A stretch of 64,000 nt of DNA from positions 188,356,001 through 188,420,000 of the forward strand of contig OZ024741.1 in assembly GCA_964016885.1 (NCBI GenBank), written 5' to 3'. Shown piece after piece: positions 37,783-50,729 of the stretch (the first letter of the stretch is position 1; every line of letters starts with the position of its first letter). Below the pieces are notes generated by a model. That model did not search any database. It saw only the letters and a list, made by a program, of their open reading frames with translations, and was not told the origin of the DNA. Position numbers and translations under genes: made by a program. Source of the stretch: Eledone cirrhosa. Taxonomy: Eukaryota.

Positions 37783-39695
37783 TTGGAAACATAAAATGCA
37801 TGGCCGAAGGAGGAAAGGAGAGAAACATTTGATTTAGTAAGGGTTGGGGAACACTCTACAGAAAGTATGTATAAATTTGTCCCATAGGTTTGTTGGTATT
37901 TTTGTCCCTTACTTATTGAACAATGTATGTATGTAAGTATATGTATGTGTATGAATGCATGCATGTGATAATGCAGAAACAACAAAAAATGTATATATAT
38001 GAGGAAACTCGGTTTATGAAAAAGACGTGTGTGTATGTATGCGCGCGTGCGTTTATATCATGGTGCAGAGTGAAATATGGGGCTGAGAAGAAAGGATTGG
38101 GTTTGTAATAAGATACGGAAGAAGGCAGGGGAAGAAAGCAGATATGAGGGTAGATGTGGGGGTAGGAGAAGAATCTCCTGGGTTACTAAGGGTACAAAAA
38201 CAGGATTTTTGTGTTTGAAAATTTACAAGGACAAAAAAGAAAGAAGGAAAGAAAGAGCTAAAGCCAGAACACACCATATTGTATATGTACCTTATAAAAT
38301 GTAGGGGGAGGGGTCAGTGCTATGCAGTAGAATGCTTGAGGTGTGTGTGTTGGGGGAGGGAGTAAATGGGGTTTCAATACAGTAATGTAGTGGTGTCTAT
38401 GTTGGAGGTAGGAGGGTGTGTGTGTGTGAATGGGTGCATAGTTTCAGTATGGTGCTGTGGAGTGTGTGTGTATGTGTGTGAATACGGGTGAGTGAGTATA
38501 ATTTCAGTACAGTAATGCAATGGAGTGTCTATGTGTGAGGTATGTGAGTATGCAAGTGAGTGTGGTTCCAGCACAGTAATGCAGTTCAGTGTCTATCTGT
38601 GAGGTGTGTGTGTGTGTGCTTGAGTGAAGGCGAGTGCGGTTTCAGTACAGCGCAGTGGAGTGCCTGGGTGTTTGTGATCAGACCACAACAGAGTGGTGGT
38701 GGTGGTGGTGATGGGGCACAGTGGGCTACTTAGCATGGGCTTCAGTTTAGCCCCTTAGTAGAGGCAAATATCAAGTGAGATTAATGAAGAATCATTTTTT
38801 TTTTATAAATCATTCTAGTTCTTTTATTTTTGGTCTGTTATCTGTATATCATGCAGATGCCAAAACAGAGGTGGTGATGAGGGGGGGGGGGGGTCTTTCA
38901 TTAAACGTTACTTTTTTTATATAAATCATTTTATACACGTATAACCCTTACACAAATAAGTTCTATCTATCACCGATTACTAAAATACTTAAGAACCAGT
39001 TTGAAATGTGGTATATATTTCACATCTGGTCTAGGGCCCCTATTACCAGCTTTATCCAAGCTTGCACAGCTTTGTACATACAATGTGGTGTGTGAATGAG
39101 TGTGATTTGAGTACAGTGCAATAAAGTAGGTGTGTTATGGGAATATGGTCTCAGTATGGTGTATTATTGTATATATATATGAGGTGTATGTACAAGGTTA
39201 TGAAGTGTGTTGTTTCACAAGGAATAGAAAACAGCACTTGGATACACTAAAACTCTTCTTTCTTCTTCATTTTCTTTCTGTGCTGTACTGCACACCGGTC
39301 TGTCCTAAGACAGTTCCTGTAGTATATCAGTTTGTTTGTATTTTCTTTCTATAAAAGGTTGCTAACTCCTTATGCAATCCTTCACTATTTGTGGAGAAGT
39401 GAGCACTGTGACTGGTCATCCACGATACTTCCCATGGGGCAACTTAGTTGATTCAGAGAGAGAGAACACACAAACATATGATGATGGTGACAGTAATGAT
39501 AAATAAATAGTGTGAGAGGACAAACATAGTAATAGGGCACCAATACAGATAACCATATGGGGGTGTGAAAAAAGCGAAATTGACAAAAAAAGATGACAGA
39601 AAAAGAAAATAGCTTTGTACTGAGAGTACAAGAATTTGTCATCTTATCTTCTAAGTTTCCCATTCCTCTAGAGTGATATACAACATGACCCATAC

Positions 39696-39743
39696 CAAAG
39701 ATTTGGTGGTCCACAGCAAATTTTATGTCATACTGTGTACCTT
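39696..39743 (-). CDS. Candidate exon 2 (48 nt) of the host gene
   Basis: Acceptor CATTTTCTAG, donor TTG/GTATGG, phase 1-1, in frame with exon 1: EGTQYDIKFAVDHQIF. Confidence 0.4.
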
Positions 39744-39990
39744 CTAGAAAATGTTTTGGTGCATCTTTAGCTTATATTTCCCAGAGTTAATTAATAGAGT
39801 TCTTGCCATCATTATCATCATCGTTTTTACATATACTTGGTCATGGTGACATGGGGTAGATGAAACTTTTTGTGGTAGTATTCTATGGGAGGACGCCCTT
39901 CCTGTTTTGCCAACCTTTTCAGTTATCTCTGACCACAAACAGAGATACATATGGTATAGCCTTATTGCTAATTTAGAAACCATTATAACT

Positions 39991-40172
39991 TGAATTGGCA
40001 GTATCGGTAGAGGGTCGGACGCCATGCTTTGCAGCACAATTACGTCCCTTTACGGACTGAGTTCAAATCCTGCCGAGGTTAACTTTGCCTTTCATCCTTA
40101 TGGGATCGATAAAATAAAGTACCAGTAATACACTGGGTAAGTGCTGGCCTTGTGCCATAAGTAGAAACAATT
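39991..40172 (+). mobile_element. SINE family B
   Basis: Consensus match, TSD ATTATAACT. Confidence 0.88.
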
Positions 40173-40444
40173 ATAACTATAAATGTGTGCAATTCAATTC
40201 TTATTGGGTGCAGGACTGCTTTCATTTTTCTGGGGCAGATGAAATTAAATATCAGTGAAATACTGGAGTGGATGTCATCAACTGTTCTCTTCTCCCAAAC
40301 TGCCTGACCCAGTGGTGCTGCTATTAGAAATCCCTATTTTCTTTGTCCTTTTTACAGCAGGACTGACCAAAATGAAACATTTTTGTATTTCTTCTTAATC
40401 AACCACCAAGGATTTCTAACAAAGATTAACAAACTGAGAATAGT

Positions 40445-40880
40445 AATGATATAGTGGTAATGATGGTGGTGTTGGTGGTGATGATGATTATTGGGATGGT
40501 AGTGGTGAAGGTGATGGTGAAGGTGGTGGTGATAGTGGAGATGCGGCTGTTGCTGATAGTGGTGGTGATGGTGACTGGTGGTTACGGTGATGACGATAGT
40601 AGTGGTGATGGTGAAGATGGTGATGGTAGTGTAGATGCTGCTGGTGATAATGGTGATGGTAACTGGTGGTTTTGAAGATGACGATAGTCGTGGTGTAGAT
40701 TGTGAAGGTGGTGGTAGTGGAGATGTTGGTCATGGTAGTGGTGATGCTGAAGACATTCGTGATGATTATGAAATGGAAATATTTATGGAGATGGTGAAGA
40801 CGTTGATGATGGTGGTGATGGTGGTCGTGACAACGTTTATAGTGGCGGTGATGGTGGAAATGTTCATGATGATAATGAAC
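40445..40880. repeat. Degenerate (GAT/GGT)n low-complexity tract
   Basis: Directly visible; explains the poly-H and poly-V ORFs. Confidence 0.9.
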
Positions 40881-41275
40881 TTTCAATAACAAAGTTGTAC
40901 ACAGGCGTTTGTAGCTCAAGTCGGTTACTTCGAAAACAGCAAACATCTTTTCGTTCCACCCCCAAACTAACATTATTCCACGAACATTTTAAAATATCAA
41001 TCATTTCTTATAAATAAACAGAAGCCATTAACAATTAAAATGAATGAAAAAAGACATCACTATTCTAAAGGTAGAGAAGTTTAATACAAGAAACAAATTA
41101 AGACGTGCGTATGTGGATTGGTGAACGTGTTCACAAATGAAGGGAAATGCATTCAATACATATAATAGAGCAGGTATATTTTATAAGGTGAAATTTCTTG
41201 TATCGCAACTGAGTTTCACATGTTTAACTGTTGAAGCACACACACATATGTATCTCGTATACTTACCCTTATGAG

Positions 41276-41325
<50 letters not shown>

Positions 41326-43366
41326 CACATTTAATATAGAAATGGCTTCTACAGAACTAGAACTGTTTAATTCGAAGGAAATCATCAGGAAAGCCCCCCC
41401 CCCCCCCATACATATATATAAAACCAATTTTGGGTATATTGAGTACTTTAAAGTGTAAACTCAAACGTGTATTTAGTGAAATACATGAAAATTAAAGTAA
41501 GTGAACTCTTCTCTAAATCTCCTATATATAAAGAGAGTGAGAGGAAAATAAAGGGAAAGAGGGAGGGTGCCGACATGGCTAAAATAAACTAAAAAAGTAC
41601 TAAATATTTTTTATGTTCTTTTATTACATCAGACCAAAACCTAGGTTCCCAAGATAACCCCCCACCCCCTCACACACACACAACAATCAAGTAAAGAAAT
41701 CAGTTTAGATGAAAACACGAGAATCTTTTACAAGACAGCTGTTTTGGCAACAACAACACAGCAGTCTTCTTTCTTTCTCTCAGCTTCTCATTTATCTACG
41801 AATTCCATCTCTGCTTGTCTGACTAAATTATCACACCGATGTTGACATTGTGGTAGTTGTGGTGGTGGTTGATGTTGTTTAGCTCAGAAGACAGACCCTT
41901 GACCAAAGGCTATCCAGTCTCTCTCTCTTTTTTTTTTTTTTTTGATATTCATACATAGTATATCTGAGACTACATTTTCCAATATTCCACGATTTCTTTC
42001 ACAGTCAGTAGGGTGTGAATTCATGGAGATTTGGTTGATATTTCTAGCAGGTCGAGTTATATAAGATAGTAGGATGCTGTATTCGGCTGCTATTTCTAAC
42101 GGGTCGAACGTACAAGAGACTCCCTCGGAATTACGCCGAAGTGTTGTTTATATCTATCATTAGATCAAGTAATAAGACTTCTAGTTCCATCAGGCTTGAA
42201 GCCTAACCACTACCACTATTCCCAAACGAACCAACCAACAAAGAGGCAGGCTTCTGTGTGGACGCTCAATCTGTTAGAAATAACAGTGGAATATCACTAA
42301 AATCACACTACTTTCCTTCAAAAAGAAACGGCACATTAGATTGTAGTTCTAGATACATCCTATAACTGAAAAGAAAAAGGACGGGATTGTCACGGTTGGA
42401 AATTATTTGATCATATGCTTCATCTTTGGTTAAACAAACAGCAATACTCTAACACCCACAACAAGGAAGTTTCTTAAAGAAATCAAGAACAAAGAAGGTG
42501 TGTGTGTTTTTGTTGTTCTTTCTTCTTGTAACAACGCCAACGAGGAAGCTTCTATATGATCATCCAACATGCTAGAAATAGTAGCCAACTACCTCAAATC
42601 ACATTTCTTGCACTTTCAGATAAGGACGCGTTGGATTATGTGATCCCGAATTCCCTGCATATAAGGAAAAAGGGACAGGATAGTCACAGCTGGAATGCTT
42701 TTGATCATAGATCTGTTCGATTACGGCCAACCTGGGGCTAAACAATAAGAACCATTATATCTCCAACCAATCACTTGACCTGCTACAAATAGTAGCCAAA
42801 TCTTCCATAAATCACACACCCCTACTGCTTTAAAAATAAGGGAAGGAAATATGTGGTTGCTTCGACCTGATAAAAATGGCCCGAAAACCATGCCTGCTGT
42901 ATTTCGTTTTTGTTTTGTTATGTTTTTAAATATAGGCCACATTGGACAATGTAGTCTTAGTTACACTGTTTAAATAAAGACGGGATGATGGTCATAGTTG
43001 GAACGCCTCTGATCATAAGGTCTTTTCGATTATTGTTGACAAGGAAAGTCTTAATCACAAGGGGATTGGTCAAAACTGGAATGCCTTTCACCATAGGATT
43101 TTCTTATTCAAGTGGTGTTGCTACATATTCCTAACATAGACACAAAGCCGGAAATTTAGAGGGGAGAGTACAATCGATTATATCAACGCAATTATTTCAC
43201 TGGTATTTTATTATTATTATCGACCCCCGGAAGGAGGAGAGAGTTGATCTCGGCATGATTTGAATTTAGAACCGCAAAGAGCCGGAACAGATAATACCTC
43301 GGGGCATTTTGACCGATGCTCTAACGTTTCTGCCAAATAACGACAATATATTTTACTTTTACTCAC

Positions 43367-43472
43367 CCGAACAGCTTTTGCGTTTCGAAGACGTCTGTGC
43401 TTTAATAGTCCGACTGGTCCTTTTCTGTTTCCTTGTGCTCAGTCTAGTGATTCTATATGTAAGTGCAGACAT
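43367..43472 (-). CDS. Candidate first coding segment of an unidentified host gene
   Basis: ATG at 43472 (AGGATGT), open MSALTYRITRLSTRKQKRTSRTIKAQTSSKRKSCS to a consensus donor CGG/GTGAGT at 43367/43366; lies 200 nt downstream of the Inr. Confidence 0.5.
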
Positions 43473-43664
43473 CCTTCCAAAGAAAAACAGATAATTCCGA
43501 CAAAAATGTGCAAGAGTCTTAAGGTCTTTTTGCAGTCTACCCCCAAAAAAATGTTTACACAGTTTGAAGAAAAAAAACCCCTAAAAAAAAGAAACAATTA
43601 GAATTTATGGGGGGTTTCCTAGACGGATAAAACCATATTTGAAATGCAGAGCAAACAAACCCGA

Positions 43665-43730
43665 CATCGACTGAAGCAACGGACGACTGACGGGACCTTT
43701 ATAGGTCACATGACCACGCTGGACCAATGA
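43665..43730 (-). promoter_or_regulatory. RNA Pol II core promoter, TSS about 43672
   Basis: Minus strand TATAAAGG starting 43703 (-31), Inr TCAGTC 43674-43669, E-box GGTCATGTGACC 43715-43704, reversed CCAAT 43724-43728, locally CpG-rich. Confidence 0.75.
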
Positions 43731-44407
43731 AAGAAGAGGAAACGGTAGTCGGGTAGCAGTGATAGTAAGTAAAAGAAATAGTAAAAGGAAGAGAGAGAAA
43801 ATATCAGAGAGAGTAGGAGATTAAAGGATGTAAATAAATAGGCTGAGGAGGAAGGGGAGGAAGGGATCGTTCATGTGACAGACGTGTGAGTGTGTGTATG
43901 CATGTGAGACGCTTGTGCGATAAGACATATGCTGTTCACATCTGCGAGATATACATAGATATCAAATATGTGTATAATATAATGTTCGTAGGTAGTATAT
44001 ATATATATGTATGAGGGACTCTCCCGTCCTATATCGACATGAGGATAAATATATATATATATATATATATACCATATTATATGTGTGGCTGAGTGGTTAG
44101 GGAATTGGATTCGCAATCGTAAGGTTGTGAGTTCGATTCCTGACCAGGTGATGCGTTATGTCCTTGAGCAAGACACTTTATTTCACGTTGCTCCTTCTAC
44201 CTGGAGTTGCGACCGATAGATAGTATTAGCAATTGGCAAGACCAACGGAAACATTGTTCCCTCGGTCCGATTTGACGAAAGTCGAATCGTTCTTTCTATA
44301 TGTGTATGTGTTTTATTTATATATGATATATATGTGTATAAATATATATATACACATATATATATATATTTAATTATTTATAATATATGTATATACACAC
44401 ATATATA

Positions 44408-44439
<32 letters not shown>

Positions 44440-44606
44440 GAGTCTCTGTGTGTATATAAGACATTTACTACTACTATATTTAGCCTTAAACTAATATATA
44501 TCTTCTTTCACTGGACTTCATTGTCAGCTGTGTTTTTTCCATTTACTTTTCACACACATATATACACAAATACACATATATATCATGTATATATATATAT
44601 ATATAT

Positions 44607-45904
44607 CAAGCTGTGGCACACCGCCCAGGCTTTGCTCTTCCTCTCAACCACATCATCTTCCGTATTCCCAATCTTTGATCCCAAATACAGGAAGTCCTCA
44701 ACCAATTCTAGCGGCTTCCCGCCTACATTAGTGACCCCCTCTGGCTTCTCAACATTCTCTACCAGATATTTTGTTTTAATCTCATTCATTCTCAGCCCCA
44801 CACTCATTGACACAGTCTCAACCTCCTGCATCAAATCCTCTGCCTGCTTCACTGTATTCGTCACCAAAACTATGTCGTCGGCAAATTCAGCCTCTGATAC
44901 CTTTTTCGCCTTAACTCTCCTGATCTCAGCCGGTGCTACAGTAAAGCCAGAGTCCTGGTGTTTCCAGTGCAAGGCGCATACAATAGTCCACTACGATTAT
45001 AAAAAGGTAGGGAGCCAATGTATCTCCCTGGAGCACTCCAGCCAGTATCTCAAAGAACTCTGTCATCCCATCAGGTGTAATGACTTGGGTGTTGGTGTAG
45101 AGCAGTGATATCAGGTCCACTATCTTCTTGGGGATTCCATAAGCCTGTAAGATCTTCATCAGGCAGTGACGGTCCACAGAATCAAAGGCCTTCCTAAAGT
45201 CAATGAAAACCATGACCGCAGGAAGGCACTTTGCTCTAGCTCCCTCTAATATCCTCCTCAGCATTAGGATGTAACTGGTGGTTGATCTTCCCTCTCTGAA
45301 GCCGTTCTGGTTGTCCCTGAGCTTCTTCTCCATCTCAGGCTGGATCCTGTTAAGAATCATCCTGTTGAGGGTCTTTGCCACAAGTGACGTCAGTGAGATC
45401 CCCCTGTATTTGTTGGTATTAGAGAGATCAGTGTGGAATTCGGACCTTCATAAAGACCTGAAAATCCGCCTCTTCATTGCTGTAGTGGAGTCTGTGCTGC
45501 TGTACGGGTCTGAGACTTGGACATTGACCAAGAAACTCACTCAGATGGTGGATGGGTGCTACACGAGAATGCTGAGGATGGCTCTGAACATTAATCAGTA
45601 TACACTGAGGATGAAAAACTCAGAGCTGTATGGGAGCCTCTCAAAAGTCAGCTTTAAAGTGACACAGAGGAGACTGAGGTTAGCTGGACATGCTCACCGA
45701 CATCCAGAGTTTACATTGCACTCAGTGTTCCAGTGGGAGTCCCTACATGGACACACTGGAAGAGGAAGACCAAGGTGAACGTATGTTGATGCCCTAAGGA
45801 CAGACACTGGTCTGTTGGAGATGCAGGACATGGCAGCGATAATGAGGGACAGAGACCGCTGGAGAGAACTCGTCCATGGATCTCGGGAATTTTACCCGCC
45901 CTAG
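44607..45904 (+). mobile_element. RTE LINE family C with 5' inversion
   Basis: 44607-45430 minus strand RT (QNGFREGRST, FIDFRKAFDSV, GVLQGDTLAPYLF, FADD); 45425-45904 plus strand C-terminus; (TA)n both sides. Confidence 0.95.
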
Positions 45905-46049
45905 AATATATATATACACACACACACGGTAGACTAAGAGTCAAACTAACCACTACAAAAAAAGAGAGCAGTATTGGAAAGAACTATAAATGAAAAAAGT
46001 TGGGTGGACAAGGACTACTATACAAAAGGAAAGAAAGGGTTACAAATTC

Positions 46050-47295
46050 TACTCCTAGGTCAGAGCAGTATTTCGGCTGCACCCTGTGGATAAAATGACA
46101 AAGGCATTTCCGCAGACGATACAAGCTGCAACAGCCACTCCACCTTGTGAAGCTCCTTCCTCAGACGGGCTGCTATCGATCTTATTTTACAGAGGAGGTC
46201 AGCTGTCCGGGTCTGAGAATGCCTGAGGTTTCGATGGCAACCTGTGCAAAGAAGAAGGAGACAAGCTCTCCATGTGCAAAGAAGAAGTGGACAAACTCCA
46301 GTATTTGCCTATCTTCTTGTCCTCTGCATTGCGAGCCGCAGAATCGGGGTTTGTAGCCGATGTGACTAAATTGGAGGTGGAGAACGTGTCACAGCATTTC
46401 ATGTCCCAGATGAGGGCTGTACCTCCTTCAAAAGGGAAAAGGGTAATTCCATTGGGGTGTTTGCCGTCACCATGATCAAGGCCTACTGGCTCCAGTTGTG
46501 ATGGGAAACAGGCTGCATCAAAGCTCTTTCTCAATATGTCATTGAGAGTGGTATGTCAGGGGAACGAGCCTGTATTCTGATGGCATGATAGTGGGTGCAG
46601 GCTGAACTCATAGATGACAGCTACAAAATGGCATTTATGTTGCTCACACATATGCAGGCTGAGGCGTAGGGCTACTCCGATGCGAGTGCACTCGGCATCA
46701 AAAAGGGTACCGGCTGATGAAAAGGGCACTGAATTTGGCCACGCGCCGCTGTTTGGCTGCGAGACGGAATGGCGGCTGGAACATGATGTCGTCCCAGTTA
46801 CATTGAACATTTGTATACTGGAGGACAGAGAGACGTTCTCTGGTCCAGTCAACCAGAGCCTGCTCCAGAGGTCACGTCTTGCTAAGGATCTCACTGATGA
46901 AAGTACAATGGGAGGATTTTGAGGAGAGGTAGGCTGGCAGTGCCAGATCTGATGTGGATTAGAGGCTGCATCCACCAAACATCACTGGGAGCTTCACCTG
47001 TTGAATACAGGCAACATCTTCAGGCATTAGCTGAACCCCAGACAAGACAGGATGGATGTTGAGTACAGGGTCATGGAATTCGGCCTCACTGTAGCTAATG
47101 TTTATCACCTCGGACTTGGATGAGTTGATGTCAAGTCCAAGAAGCTTTAGATATGGGATGATTTGCCAAAGGTCCTCAACTACCAACTCAGCCAAGCCAC
47201 CAGGCAGAGTGGGAAGTCGATGATGTTGCCTGCTCTGGGTGGCTCAACTGAGTCAGTAGTTGAGGACCTTCAGCAAATGATCCCAGCTCTAAAGC
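46050..47295 (-). mobile_element. Degenerate CRE-like non-LTR retrotransposon (restriction-like endonuclease)
   Basis: ALRLSLHMCEQHKC, HPLSC, LEPVGLDHGDGKHPNGITLFPF..LIWD.KC.DTF, AEDKKIGKY. Confidence 0.85.
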
Positions 47296-47460
47296 ACCAC
47301 TACATAGTATATGTATTACTACTAAAATTTTAATTTGTGTGTTTAGTCTTCCATAAGTTTTAATGTTTTCTCAACTATATGTAAAGTTGTTTATGTTTTT
47401 AAATATTTTTGTGTTTGGAGACATGTGGTTGGTTTAAACTATCTTTTTTATATTATTTAA

Positions 47461-47531
47461 TGATTATGAAGAATTCAATACAGAGGAATAAAATGCTACC
47501 TCCTGTATTTGAAAGAAACATGCAGAAATCA
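47461..47531 (+). ncRNA. Decayed hammerhead-like fold
   Basis: TGATT-ATGAAGA-long stem AATACAGAGG/CCTCCTGTATT-GAAA-CATG-CA-GAAATCA; two core positions changed. Confidence 0.4.
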
Positions 47532-47621
47532 ATTAAATAATGTATTGAACCCTGGTTATTTATTTATTCATTTTATATACACATATATATGTGTGTGTGT
47601 ACCTATACATCATTTTTGTAT

Positions 47622-48900
47622 ATCATCATCATCATTTAATGTCGATTTTCCATGCTTGCATGGGTTAAACAGGTTGTCACATTATGAGACAAGTCATGTC
47701 TGCAGACCACGCCATGCTCATACGAATCTGCATTTTGGCTGGGTTTCTACAGTTGAATGCCCTTCCTAATGCCAACAATGTTACAGTGTGGACTGTGTGC
47801 TTCTTATAATGGCCCCGAAACAACCACCTAACAGGGTGGACTGGGTGCTTTTTGTCATGTCACCAGCACAAGCACCTTACAGGATGGGTTAAGTACATTC
47901 GTTGTTGTGGTACCGGATCCATGTACAGAGTGGACTTAGTGCTTTTTGTCATGGTAACAGCATTGTGGGACATCAGATGTAGAGGGTGTCTAGTTTTAAT
48001 GTTTGTATGCATGGGTTGGGCAGGCAAGGTGTATCGGGGTGAGGGTTTGGAGGGGAGGGACAATTAAGCAAGTTCAACATTAACAAGTTATGTGCGATAT
48101 TTAGCTGGTGAGGGTAAGGTATTAAGATAGGTGAGGGTGAAGAGAATATTGGTTCAGACTATTTTGTCTTCTACATGTTTGTTTCATTTCATTTTCTGCA
48201 CATGAGAAGGCGAGTCTTCTGCAGTATAGCATGATGCCAAAGATTTCCTATGTGAGGTTTAATTGTACGAGGTCAGCTTTTAGCACTTCATCCCAAGCTT
48301 TCCTAGGTCTTCTTCTTTCATAGTTTCCATCAACTTTGAGTTTTCAGCACTTTTTATACACCTGCCATCCTCCATACGCATCACATGTCAAACCACTACA
48401 ATCTCCTCTCCTGCTCACTGCCTCTCTTATGCCTAATTCCTCTTTCAGTTCATTGATGCTTTGTTGTTTATGCGCTACTATTGCACATTCAGTGAAGCAT
48501 GCAAGCTTCATTTCTTTCCAATCTTCATAGGTCCTCTGCACATATTTCCCAGGTCTCACTTCCATACAACTCTGATGTTCGTATACAAGTTTCATACAAT
48601 TTACCCTTCATTTTATAGAAAAACCCTTTTGTAACTAGCAACAGTAGTAGCTCCCTGAACTTTTCCCACCCTATTCTGACTCTGGATACTATAATTTAAG
48701 AACACTCACTAATTTGGTCACCAAGGTAACAGAAACTATCAACTACTTCTATTGAACCTTCTGGACATTTAAAGGGGCTTGTTTTCTGTGAGCTCTTGAT
48801 ACTTACTGCTCCAGTGCATCAACCTTATACAAAACCTACATTCTTTGCTAGCCTGCCTGAGATCCCACTATATCTTTTGTGTACCCATAGTTTCATTTGG
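47622..48900 (-). mobile_element. Old RTE LINE 3' part
   Basis: (ATG)n tail, 3' UTR similar to RTE-A, decayed C-terminal coding. Confidence 0.75.
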
Positions 48901-49499
48901 GAAATAGTATGTTGATTTGTGTTTTTATGAAATCTCATGTTAGTCTATGGACAGTTGTGTTTGTACTAGTTAAATTTTTAGTTATTGGGTAGAATTCTTT
49001 AATTTTAAAGCAGCTTCTGAAGGAATATAATTTTTAAGGAAGAGGCTATGTAGCTGGTAAGAATGTCAGACACCATGAGTTGCAGCCTTTTATATGGTCT
49101 GAGTTAAGACAATTTGAAATCTTTCCCACTATCAATTGTTAAAAAAACAAGTTAAAATCATTTAATCATCCATTCGTATCGTACGTTACACTTTAGTTAC
49201 ATACAGATTCAGACAACAGAAGTACACATACATTTACTCATACATATTCATAGACACAAAAACACAGAGTCCACGCTGTAATGTGGCTGTGTAGGTAACA
49301 CGGTAAAAAATTCCCAGTCCACACTGTAAATGTGGTTGGTGTTAGGAAGGGCATTCAGCCATAGAAAACCTGCCAGATAGTCCTATATGAGCGAGACATG
49401 GTCACCCGACCAACCTTGCCTCAAATTGGGACAACTCCCATCTAACCCATGTTAGCGTGGAAGATGGACGTTAAACGATGATGATGATGATGATGTGAT

Positions 49500-50720
49500 T
49501 TTTACCCACTCATTTCCTGCACACTGAGCAAAGCCATTTATTTCAGAGAGGGAATCTGAGCTCTGTTTTCTTTTCTACATACTAGGACTTTAGTTTTTGT
49601 CAAGTTGACTCTAAGACCTTTTGATTCTAGGCCATGCTTCCAGGTTTGGAATTTCTTCTCTAATTTTGCCATAGATTCAGTTCCCATGGGTAGCTAGTCT
49701 TAAAGTCTTCTGTTATAGTTTACTGGACAATAATAAACAGGAGAGGGTGAAGAGCAGAACTCTAATGGACTCTAAATTGTTCATTATAGTCCTAACCTTG
49801 CTGACTGCTCCTCTATACATGGCCTGTACTGCCTTCACTAGCCACTCATCTACTCCTATTTTTCTAAGAACCCACCAGATAATGGAATGGAGGAATCTAT
49901 CAAAAACTTTCTCTCGGTCAACAAATGCCAAGTAGAGGGGTTTACTTTTATCTAGGTACTTCTCCTGCAGTTGCCTCACAAAGAAGAGGGCATCACTGGT
50001 ACTTTTACTTAGCACAAACCCAAAATGCATCTCATCTAGGTTGAATCAATCCCTAATCAGCTGTGCTATAATTCTTTCTGTGATCTCATGACCTGGTCCA
50101 TCAACTTGATGCTTCTATAGTTTTCTCACTCTAGTGCATTTTCTTTTCCCTTATAGCAGTTGATGATGATGCTACTACACCAGTCATTGAGTATGACACC
50201 ATTTTGTATTACTTGCTTTACAATACAGGTAGTTAAGGTGTGACCCGCCATCCCAGATGTTTTCAGCATCTTGGCAACTATCCCCATAGGTCCAGCTGCT
50301 TTGCTTGTCTTCATATCCTTAATTGCCTTACAAAATCTTATGTTGCTGCTGACGTATACAGCTAGTCTCTTTGTTGGGTTCACTTGGGGCAGACTATCTT
50401 TCTCTCATGCATTCTCCTCATTGTGTAGTCTTTCATGGAGACACTTTCATACTATTTTCTTCTCAATGTCAATGAGGTTAAGTACACGATTATCATCTAA
50501 GACACACTTCTCCCCCAACATGACAATTTTTTCTGACACACTGCTTCGCACTGTTGAACACCTCATTACTTTGGTCCTCATGTTGCAAAACATGCTTAAA
50601 TCTTTTATTTTCTGCTTCCCTTCTTGCAATGCATACTTGTCAGAACTTCTCTCCCAACATCCTGGTAATTTAACTACTTCCCCTCCCTCATTCTGCCATT
50701 CTTCGTAAGCTTATCTCTTG
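49500..50720 (-). mobile_element. Old RTE LINE RT fragment
   Basis: KAAGPMGIVAKMLK, FGFVLSKSTSDALF, AFVDREKVFDR. Confidence 0.85.
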
Positions 50721-50729
50721 ACCTTAATT

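Noticed and set aside
40454-40973. Poly-His / poly-Val proteins
   Set aside because: Degenerate trinucleotide tract
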